DNA of 64,000 nucleotides, taken from positions 4,043 to 68,042 of the forward strand of contig CAZXRF010000005.1 in assembly GCA_964642875.1 (NCBI GenBank). Direction: 5' to 3'. Made by a program: the position numbers and the translations under genes. Below the pieces are notes generated by a model that was not told where the DNA came from, ran no database searches, and was given only the letters and a program-made list of their open reading frames with translations. This DNA comes from an uncultured Chitinophagales bacterium (GTDB lineage: Bacteria; Bacteroidota; Bacteroidia; Chitinophagales; JADIYW01). This document shows positions 50,469-58,538 of this stretch, in pieces; positions within the stretch are counted from its first letter, which is position 1; every line of letters starts with the position of its first letter.

Positions 50469-50483
50469 TTTTATCGTAAAATT

Positions 50484-51170
50484 TTATAACGTAGTAGTTT
50501 CGAAATATTGCCAGATTTTTTCATTGGCAACTGGGGCAATAATTTCTATGGGTTCATTTTTTGTGGGATGTATAAAGGATATTTTTCGAGCGTGTAAATG
50601 TATGCTTCTGCTATTTTCATTTGACCGCTCATAACCATATTTTATATCGCCTTTTATTGGTGAACCAATTTTTGCTAATTGTGCCCGAATTTGATGAAAA
50701 CGACCTGTTTCTAATTGAATTTCTAACAGAAAATAGTTGTCGGAATGGGATATTACTTTGTAGTGCAATACACATTTTTTAGAATGTGCCACTTCTTTAT
50801 CAAACAACTTGGCTTTGCGCTGCTTTTCGTCTTTCTGGTGGTAATGCACAATAGTACCTTCTTCTTTTTTGGGTTTGTTTTTCACCACCGCCCAATACGT
50901 TTTTTGTATTGCTTTGGTTTTAAAAAGCTCGTTTAACCTAGACAGCGATTTGCTGGTGCGGGCAAATAATACGATGCCACTCACGGGCCGGTCGATGCGG
51001 TGCACCACGCCTAAAAACACGTCGCCGGGTTTTTCATATTTTTCTTTAATGTAATCCTTCACCCATTCCGAAAGCGGCTTATCTCCAGTTTCATCTCCTT
51101 GTACAATATGTCCACTTTGCTTATTTACAGCAATGATGTGATTGTCCTCGTATAAAATTTTAAGTTGCAA
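50484..51170 (-). CDS. RluA-family pseudouridine synthase
   Basis: Catalytic Asp motif VHRIDRPVSG, plus GRFHQIRAQLA. 228 aa with no S4 domain. Confidence 0.9.
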   Translation of the reverse strand: MQLKILYEDNHIIAVNKQSGHIVQGDETGDKPLSEWVKDYIKEKYEKPGDVFLGVVHRIDRPVSGIVLFARTSKSLSRLNELFKTKAIQKTYWAVVKNKPKKEEGTIVHYHQKDEKQRKAKLFDKEVAHSKKCVLHYKVISHSDNYFLLEIQLETGRFHQIRAQLAKIGSPIKGDIKYGYERSNENSRSIHLHARKISFIHPTKNEPIEIIAPVANEKIWQYFETTTL

Positions 51171-51218
51171 GTGTATGTAAAATTTATATTTTCAACAAAG
51201 TTAATGTAAATTCGTAGA

Positions 51219-52067
51219 ATGTACCAACCACCTATAATAATAGTAGGGATGCATCGTAGCGGCACCACGATGATTACCAAGATATTGGAAAATTTGGGCT
51301 TATTTGTTGGCACAGAAAAGGAAATAAACCACGAGGCTTTATTTTTTTGGGAAATCAATAATTGGATTTTTGATTTGCATACTGCTACGCCTGAAAAACC
51401 ATATAATTTGCGTTACAAAAATCCCGCTTGTGAGAAAGTAATTATTGAATCATTGGAGTATTTTGTACAATCCAATAAACGAAAACAATATTTGGGAAAT
51501 CTTTCGACTACTTACCCAAACATCAAAGAAATAGATATTCCTTATGGTTGGAAAGACCCCAAAAATACGTTTACGATAGACTTTTGGAAACATATTTTTC
51601 CAAATCCGAAGATTATACATATCTATAGAAATCCTATTGATTCGGTGTCGAGTTATATTGAACGCGACTTGTTATTGAAAAATAAATTTGAATGGAATTG
51701 GAAAAAGAAACTCAAAAGAAATTTATTAATCAGTAATCATTTTCACGAAAATTTTAGATTAACCTCTATAGAAGAGGGCTATAATTTATGGGAAGAATAC
51801 GTCACAAAGGCATTGAGTTTAAAACAAGAATTTCCAAATTATTTAGAAATTAAATACGAAGATTTTTTGGAGAATCCATTGCTGCACATACAACAATTAG
51901 TTGCATTTTGCGGATTAGAAAGGAATGACGACAAAATAAAAAATGAAATAAAATCGGTAAATAGTGATAGGGCTTATTTCTTTTTAAATAATCCCAATTA
52001 CAAGGAAATTTACAAGCACATAAAAACAAATGCTATTATGCAACAATTAGGATATCATAATTTATAA
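51219..52067 (+). CDS. Sulfotransferase-family protein
   Basis: 5'-PSB loop IIIVGMHRSGTTM and a 3'-PB-like block IHIYRNPIDSVSS. 282 aa. Confidence 0.8.
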   Translation: MYQPPIIIVGMHRSGTTMITKILENLGLFVGTEKEINHEALFFWEINNWIFDLHTATPEKPYNLRYKNPACEKVIIESLEYFVQSNKRKQYLGNLSTTYPNIKEIDIPYGWKDPKNTFTIDFWKHIFPNPKIIHIYRNPIDSVSSYIERDLLLKNKFEWNWKKKLKRNLLISNHFHENFRLTSIEEGYNLWEEYVTKALSLKQEFPNYLEIKYEDFLENPLLHIQQLVAFCGLERNDDKIKNEIKSVNSDRAYFFLNNPNYKEIYKHIKTNAIMQQLGYHNL

Positions 52068-53005
52068 TGCAAGCAAAGGTTCAAATATTATTGGCAACCT
52101 ATAATGGCGAACAGTTTTTGCAGCAGCAAATAGAAAGCTTATTGCAACAAACTTATACTGATTTTACTATCTTAATTAGAGATGACGGCTCTACCGATAA
52201 AACACTCGAAATAATAGAATCCTATCAGCAAAAATATCCAGCAAAATTTATCCTTTTAAAAGAGGATAAAATGAATGTTGGAGCTACCCAAAATTTTGGA
52301 ATTCTTTTAGCACACTCAACAGCCGATTATATTTTCTTTTGCGACCAAGATGATGTTTGGATGCCAAGTAAAATTGAACATTCCTTAAGTGCAATTTTTA
52401 CGATGGAAAACGAACAAAAATCGAATCCTTGTTTAGTGTATTCCGATATGAAATTAATAAATGAACACGGAATAATTATTGCAGATTCAGTTTGGAAACA
52501 ACTACACCTAAGTCCTGATTATTTTACACTAAACAGACTATTAGTGCAGAATATTCCACATGGCTGCACTGTGTTAATTAACAAGGCGATGAAGTCCATT
52601 GCATCGCCCATTCCAGCTACTGCAATTTTACATGACCATTGGTTGGCATTATTGGCAGCAAGTGTTGGTAATTCGGTAGCCATTACTACACCTTTACTAC
52701 TATTGCGAAACCATACACAAAACGTAACTCGAAAAAATTTTTCCTTTGCAGAAAAAATCAAACGGTATTTTAAAAATTTATCAGATAAAAATGCATACGA
52801 ACAATATTTAAAAATACGCATTGCACAGGCAAAAGCATTAATGGAAAAATGTAGTTTGCAACTTAATAATGACCAAATACGTCTTTTGCAAGATTTTATT
52901 GCTTTAGAAAATATGGGAAGCATGCAACGAAAGAAAATTTTCATTAAAAATCAATTTTATAGAACTACATTTTTGCATAGTTTGAAAATGATATTACGTG
53001 CTTAG
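52067..53005 (+). CDS. Glycosyltransferase family 2
   Basis: ILLATYNGEQFL, IRDDGSTD and FCDQDDVW (DxD). The start overlaps the preceding stop (TAATG). Confidence 0.88.
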   Translation: MQAKVQILLATYNGEQFLQQQIESLLQQTYTDFTILIRDDGSTDKTLEIIESYQQKYPAKFILLKEDKMNVGATQNFGILLAHSTADYIFFCDQDDVWMPSKIEHSLSAIFTMENEQKSNPCLVYSDMKLINEHGIIIADSVWKQLHLSPDYFTLNRLLVQNIPHGCTVLINKAMKSIASPIPATAILHDHWLALLAASVGNSVAITTPLLLLRNHTQNVTRKNFSFAEKIKRYFKNLSDKNAYEQYLKIRIAQAKALMEKCSLQLNNDQIRLLQDFIALENMGSMQRKKIFIKNQFYRTTFLHSLKMILRA

Positions 53006-53050
53006 TCTTAATATTTTTAGTATTTTTGAAAAGATAAATAAAAATTTCTA

Positions 53051-54193
53051 TTGAAAAATATACTCATTACAGGCGGTGCTGGTTTTATTGGTTCTTCGCT
53101 TTCCTTGCAATTGATAAAGAAAGGATATTTAGTAACCGTCTTAGATTGTCTGCACCCGCAAATACACGGTGAGCACCCTGAACAAACTTCGTCTTTATAT
53201 CAATCTATAAAAGATAAAGCACAATTTATAAAAGGCGATGTAACAAATAAAGCTGATTGGTATAAAGCATTAAACAACCAACAAATTGTGGTGCACTTGG
53301 CTGCTGAAACCGGCACGGGGCAAAGCATGTATGAGATAGAACGCTACACAAATGTGAACGTTGGTGGCACTTCCATTTTATTAGATTATTTAACGAATGA
53401 AAAACATCAAATAGAAAAAGTAATTGTGGCAAGCTCGCGTGCCGTATATGGAGAAGGCAGGTACTTCTCGCAAAAAATGCAAACTTATTTTTATCCAAAA
53501 GATAGAAAAGACGAAGATTTGCAAAATGGAATTTTTGAGCTTAGGAACCCGGAAGAAGTAACTGAATTTTTGCAAGTAGTAGCCACTGATGAGGAAAGTA
53601 AAATTCAACCTAAATCTATTTATGGCTTAACTAAGTATCATCAAGAACAGTCATTGATGATTTGTTGTTCTTCATTAAATATTCCGTGTGTTGCTTTCCG
53701 ATATCAAAATGTATATGGACCTGGGCAATCGTTAAGCAATCCATACACTGGTATTTTATCCATCTTTTCTACGAGAATAAAACAACAAAAATCTATCAAT
53801 ATTTTTGAAGACGGAGAAGAAAGCAGAGATTTTGTTTTTATAGATGACGTAGTGAATGCTACTATAGCCGGAATAGAAAATGAAGCTGCCAATTTCAATG
53901 TTTTTAACGTAGGAACAGGAGTGGCTACTACCGTACTTACTGTGGCTACCACACTTATGAAAAACTATGGAATTGAAGTACCGTTGGAGATTTCCGGTCA
54001 ATATAGAAGAGGAGATATTAGGCATAATTATGCTGATACTACACGCTTACAAACTATTTTAAATTTCGCACCAGCAGTAGATTTTGAAACCGGATTACGT
54101 TTGTTTTGCAATTGGGTAAACGAACAAAAAATCCATACTGACCAATACGAACATTCATTGGCAGAAATGAGAGAAAAGGGCTTATTGAAATAA
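53051..54193 (+). CDS. NAD-dependent epimerase/dehydratase (extended SDR) with an internal insertion of about 50 aa
   Basis: ILITGGAGFIGSSL, catalytic YGLTK, and a TTG start. 380 aa. Confidence 0.88.
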   Translation: MKNILITGGAGFIGSSLSLQLIKKGYLVTVLDCLHPQIHGEHPEQTSSLYQSIKDKAQFIKGDVTNKADWYKALNNQQIVVHLAAETGTGQSMYEIERYTNVNVGGTSILLDYLTNEKHQIEKVIVASSRAVYGEGRYFSQKMQTYFYPKDRKDEDLQNGIFELRNPEEVTEFLQVVATDEESKIQPKSIYGLTKYHQEQSLMICCSSLNIPCVAFRYQNVYGPGQSLSNPYTGILSIFSTRIKQQKSINIFEDGEESRDFVFIDDVVNATIAGIENEAANFNVFNVGTGVATTVLTVATTLMKNYGIEVPLEISGQYRRGDIRHNYADTTRLQTILNFAPAVDFETGLRLFCNWVNEQKIHTDQYEHSLAEMREKGLLK

Positions 54194-54194
54194 T

Positions 54195-55103
54195 ATGAAA
54201 AAAATAGGCTTAGTTACCATTACCTATAACAGTGCTCATGTGATTGAGCCATTTTTGCAATGTGTGTTGGCACAAACGCACACTAATTTTATTTTGTATG
54301 TCATCGATAATATTTCTTCAGATACTACTTTAGAATTAATAAAAAAACATAGCGATAACAGAATTGTTCTCATTGCAAATACAGAAAATGTAGGCGTAGC
54401 AAAAGGCAATAATCAAGGAATAGCACGGGCGTTGGAAGATGGCTGCGAAGAGCTCTTAATAATTAACAACGATGTAGAATTTGAAAACACATTATTGGAG
54501 AAATTATCCAACCAATTAGAGGTGCTGAATTGCAGTTTGGTTGCACCAAAGATGCTCTATTATCCTGAAATAAATTTGATATGGTGGGCAGGCACAAAAT
54601 TCAATAAATGGGAGGGCTGTATGACACATCATATCGGCATACAACAAGAAGATAAAGGACAATTTGATGTTGTTCAAAAAATGGATTATGCACCAACTTG
54701 TTGTGTATTAATGAAGAAAGAGGTAATAGACGATATTGGATGGATGGATGAGAAATTTTTTGCATATTATGATGATACTGATTTCTTTTATCGCATTTAC
54801 AAACATAGAAAACATCAATTGTATTATTATCCATTTGTGCAGTTTTACCATAAAGTGGGCGGGCTTTCCAATATGAAAAAAGGCAATGCTAAGAAATTCA
54901 AATTCAATGATTTTTATATTAAATTATTTACTAGAAATCATGTGTATTATTTAAGAAAACAACGAAATTTGCTAAGCTGGATAAATATTGTATATTTCTT
55001 TTTTAGAATGAATCTTCGATTTTTATTTAGTGGAAAATACCATAGAAATTGGCATACATTTCTGCTTTTACAACAATCCTATTTCAACGGATATACGATG
55101 TAA
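54195..55103 (+). CDS. Glycosyltransferase family 2 (rhamnosyltransferase-like)
   Basis: VTITYNSAHVIE, IDNISSD, GVAKGNNQG, NNDVEF and a YDDTDF acidic motif. Confidence 0.85.
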   Translation: MKKIGLVTITYNSAHVIEPFLQCVLAQTHTNFILYVIDNISSDTTLELIKKHSDNRIVLIANTENVGVAKGNNQGIARALEDGCEELLIINNDVEFENTLLEKLSNQLEVLNCSLVAPKMLYYPEINLIWWAGTKFNKWEGCMTHHIGIQQEDKGQFDVVQKMDYAPTCCVLMKKEVIDDIGWMDEKFFAYYDDTDFFYRIYKHRKHQLYYYPFVQFYHKVGGLSNMKKGNAKKFKFNDFYIKLFTRNHVYYLRKQRNLLSWINIVYFFFRMNLRFLFSGKYHRNWHTFLLLQQSYFNGYTM

Positions 55104-55269
55104 GGATTAGTGGACTCACAAAGGTATAAGACGTATAATACAGCTAATCATATATACCCTATTACATTGGAGATTTTTTCTAAAAAAAATATTTCCCAAA
55201 TACTTCTATTTTAAAAGTTTGGTTTATTTTTATATTGTCATTGTGGCATAATACAAAAACTATAAGAAT

Positions 55270-56307
55270 ATGACCAGTTATAAACGTATACCATTGAAAC
55301 CATTTCCAAATGGTTGGTACGTACTAGCTTATTCTGCTGAAGTAGGAAATGGAGAGATTATTACTCGAAGATTTGTAGGAAAAGATATCCTAATATTTAG
55401 GACGGAAAGTGGAAAATTAGCCATTACTGAACCTTATTGCCCACACATGGGAGGGCATTTGGGGCATGGTGGAAAAATTGAAGGAGAGCATATCAAATGT
55501 CCGTTTCACCATTTTTGTTTTGATGGGCATGGAGATTGTACAGCAACTGGTTATGGATCTAAACCATCATCAAGACTAAAACTACCTACCTATTATTCCG
55601 ATGAGAAAAATGGATTAGTTTTAATTTGGTTTGATGAGAAAAATGAAACGCCTACATGGTTTACTCCGCAAGAGGATTGGAGTGAATGGACAGAAACACG
55701 TTTTGCAGAATACAATTTTAATTCTCATCCACAGGAAACTACAGAAAACAGTGTAGATGTGGGACATTTTTCTATAGTACACGGCTATACAGGCGTAGAA
55801 ACACTTTGCGAGATGCATACAAAAGACCATTATTTATCTGCAAAATATGCTATGAATCGCATTGCAGATTTTGTAGGTCAAAAACGTAGTATTAGAACTG
55901 AATTCGATGTAAAAGTACACGGCTTAGGGTATTCATTTGTAGAGGCAAAATTAGATGATTTAGGAATACGCACCAGACACTTTGTCCTACCCACTCCTAC
56001 TGATAAAGGAAAGTTAAAATTAAGAATAGGCGTTAGTCTAAAAAAGATGAAAAAATTTGACAAGATATCGCCGTTGCTTAATCTATTGCCCAATAAATTA
56101 GCCCACAAATTACTGCTGAGTGGGGCTTTTAAAGGATACTGCCATGACGTAAGTATGGATTTTAAAATTTGGGAAAACAAAATCTATATCGATCCGCCGA
56201 TTTTAGCTAAAGGCGATGGACCAGTGGCACAGTATAGAATGTGGGCACAACAATTTTATTACGAGGACTCAATGCAACCCAATTATATACCCCAAGAAAT
56301 TAGTTAG
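55270..56307 (+). CDS. Rieske [2Fe-2S] non-heme iron oxygenase (KshA/Neverland-like single-component alpha subunit)
   Basis: Rieske CPHMGGHL...CPFHHFCF, and the mononuclear iron motif ENSVDVGHFSIVH (D-x2-H-x4-H). Confidence 0.85.
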   Translation: MTSYKRIPLKPFPNGWYVLAYSAEVGNGEIITRRFVGKDILIFRTESGKLAITEPYCPHMGGHLGHGGKIEGEHIKCPFHHFCFDGHGDCTATGYGSKPSSRLKLPTYYSDEKNGLVLIWFDEKNETPTWFTPQEDWSEWTETRFAEYNFNSHPQETTENSVDVGHFSIVHGYTGVETLCEMHTKDHYLSAKYAMNRIADFVGQKRSIRTEFDVKVHGLGYSFVEAKLDDLGIRTRHFVLPTPTDKGKLKLRIGVSLKKMKKFDKISPLLNLLPNKLAHKLLLSGAFKGYCHDVSMDFKIWENKIYIDPPILAKGDGPVAQYRMWAQQFYYEDSMQPNYIPQEIS

Positions 56308-56343
56308 TATATTATTTCACTAATCTAAGTTTCATTATGAAAA

Positions 56344-56378
56344 TAAGGCTGCCTTGTACATAGACAGCCTTACTTTTA
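56344..56378. terminator. Hairpin between convergent genes
   Basis: taaggctg-13 nt loop-cagcctta followed by cttttaaaa. Confidence 0.45.
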
Positions 56379-56382
56379 AAAC

Positions 56383-56967
56383 CTATTTTATAATTGCCTG
56401 CAAAATGATAGCCACTATGGGTGGTAATAAACCTCCTGCCAGCAGCCATTTTCCGCGTCCGGCTAATCCGTTTCTTCCTTTAAGGATAAACAATCCGGTT
56501 ACAGTAATAACAATTAATAGTACAGCAAATATGTCCGATGCCCATTTCCAACCTTTTAAACTATTTTTGTGAATAACATTCACCTCATAAAAAAATGGTC
56601 GTTTGGTTACATGTTCATAGTTTGCTTTTTTTTCTGTCAGGTAAACATGCATAGTGCCTTTCGGATAATAAATTTTCAATTGGTCTTTTGTTGGGAAATC
56701 ATATACATTATACTTCTCTTCGCCTACCATTTTACTTAACTCCGCAACCTCTTTGTCTGTTATATTTTCTACAGTATATTCTTGTTTTAATTTTAATTCT
56801 TTTTTTTCCAAAATAAAATCTGGATTCCATTCATCGACATGATTTAAGGCAATGCCGGAGATGGAATACACAATAATTAAAGCGGAAAAGAAATACCCTA
56901 AATCCCGATGCGTTGCCAAATTAAGTCTCCGAATGGTTCTTTTATTCTTCTTAAACCAATTTATCAT
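56383..56967 (-). CDS. PepSY-associated TM helix family membrane protein
   Basis: 194 aa with THRDLGYFFSALIIVYSISGIALNH, and a C-terminal TM pair WASDIFAVLLIVITVTGLF. Confidence 0.7.
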   Translation of the reverse strand: MINWFKKNKRTIRRLNLATHRDLGYFFSALIIVYSISGIALNHVDEWNPDFILEKKELKLKQEYTVENITDKEVAELSKMVGEEKYNVYDFPTKDQLKIYYPKGTMHVYLTEKKANYEHVTKRPFFYEVNVIHKNSLKGWKWASDIFAVLLIVITVTGLFILKGRNGLAGRGKWLLAGGLLPPIVAIILQAIIK

Positions 56968-56975
56968 TACAAAAA

Positions 56976-57935
56976 TTATTTAGCAGATTCTACTTTCTTT
57001 AAATACTCCGAAGTAATATCAATTACCCATTGTTCAATATTTTTATCGGGCAGTATTGCATCTGTTTTATACAATACTTTTTTGGTGTAATCTTTCACTT
57101 TCTTCACGCCACCGCCGATGATATTATTTTGAAATTCTTCATCGTGGGCAACTAATACCGGAATTACAATAGCGGTTTGTTTTTTCTCCAACATCTCATT
57201 TACTGCATCTGTGGTTTTTTGTGAATCATAATGCACCAAATGTCCACACCAACCGTAATTGTGTTCGGTAATACCACTTTGTTCTTTCACATATTTCCCT
57301 ACTTCATCAAACAATGCTACCCATTCTTTGTCGTAAGTAGCATCGCCGTATCCGATTAATACCACTCCTTCCGATGCTGGGTTTTTACTCAATGCCTTTA
57401 CTCTCGATTCTACGTTTTTCTTCAAAATATCTGTAAAGTCTAAGTTGGGTGCAAGGTATGTATTTGCCTTTGGCTTATAAATTTTAATATTCTCTAGCTT
57501 AAACGCACTTTTAGAATGTGGGTCGGCTTTTTGTCCCATGATTGTAGGTATATCATCAAACGTATGGGAGCTGACAGTTAAAAAAATGGGAACAACAATA
57601 ATGTCAGAATATCCCTCATCGTCAAACTCTTTTAATCGAGTGGCAATAGATGGTTCGGTGTATTCCATAAAAGCCGTTTTTATCCCTTTTATTTTACCAT
57701 CTCCTAAAATTTTACTGCTTACATTTTTTTCCAAATCCAATAATGCATTTCGCCAAGTTTCGGAACGGGAACCATGATTCACCAAAAGTAATCCTACTTT
57801 TTTTGCTTTATTATCTGCTTTGTTGGTATCCGTGTTTTTGTTTTTACACGAAGTGAAAAATTGTGCTATTAAAACAATAGCCAACATTCCCATAAATTTA
57901 GGAAATGTAAATTTGATAGTTGATTTTATTTGCAT
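56976..57935 (-). CDS. Exported CbiX/SirB-type (class II) chelatase-fold lipoprotein
   Basis: Lipobox AQFFTSC. N-terminal half has LLLVNHGSRSETW ... IIVVPIFLTVSSHTFDDIP. A second, degenerate repeat has VVLIGYGD...VIPVLVAHDEEF. Confidence 0.75.
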   Translation of the reverse strand: MQIKSTIKFTFPKFMGMLAIVLIAQFFTSCKNKNTDTNKADNKAKKVGLLLVNHGSRSETWRNALLDLEKNVSSKILGDGKIKGIKTAFMEYTEPSIATRLKEFDDEGYSDIIVVPIFLTVSSHTFDDIPTIMGQKADPHSKSAFKLENIKIYKPKANTYLAPNLDFTDILKKNVESRVKALSKNPASEGVVLIGYGDATYDKEWVALFDEVGKYVKEQSGITEHNYGWCGHLVHYDSQKTTDAVNEMLEKKQTAIVIPVLVAHDEEFQNNIIGGGVKKVKDYTKKVLYKTDAILPDKNIEQWVIDITSEYLKKVESAK

Positions 57936-57950
57936 ACTATTTTTATTTTT

Positions 57951-58526
57951 TTATTTCAAATTTGTAGAACCATCTGGTTGGTATATATATCGTATAGTAA
58001 AGTATTTTGAGATACTATTTTCATCAATAGTTACAGGATTTCCATGATAATAATTTATGATTTGCATTTTTGCATATTTATTATCTGCCGTTCTAATAAT
58101 AAATACCCTTCCAACAATTGGAGACATTAGATGAGTGTCAGGGTTGTAATTATACCAACCATTTCCACTACCTGTGGGAATGCCCTTTCCGGTGCTTGCA
58201 TCTTGTGCATATCCAGTTATTGGTGCTGTTAAAACCTCAGAGAATAGTGCATCTTTAATAATCACGCCTGCATTCCCAGATCCACTTATTCCACTATTTA
58301 AAATGATACTAGTTCCTTTAAAAGCGATATCCCATTTTGTGGTAGAAGAATCAGCAAAAGGAACGGTGTCGCCTTTGGCAAAACTATAGTACTGATAGGT
58401 AGCATGATTTGCATTAATGTCTTGTTTTACTACTGCACTTAAAGGCGTAGAAACTACATTTTTTTCTTTTTTACAAGCCACAAAAGAAATAAGGCATGCT
58501 GCTAATAAAACGAGTGTTTTGTTCAT
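57951..58526 (-). CDS. HmuY-like lipoprotein
   Basis: Lipobox LISFVAC, YQYYSF, KWDIAFKGTSIILNSGISGSGNAG, and NKYAKMQIINYY. The pattern resembles the HmuY family. Confidence 0.6.
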   Translation of the reverse strand: MNKTLVLLAACLISFVACKKEKNVVSTPLSAVVKQDINANHATYQYYSFAKGDTVPFADSSTTKWDIAFKGTSIILNSGISGSGNAGVIIKDALFSEVLTAPITGYAQDASTGKGIPTGSGNGWYNYNPDTHLMSPIVGRVFIIRTADNKYAKMQIINYYHGNPVTIDENSISKYFTIRYIYQPDGSTNLK

Positions 58527-58538
58527 AATTTAAAAAAT

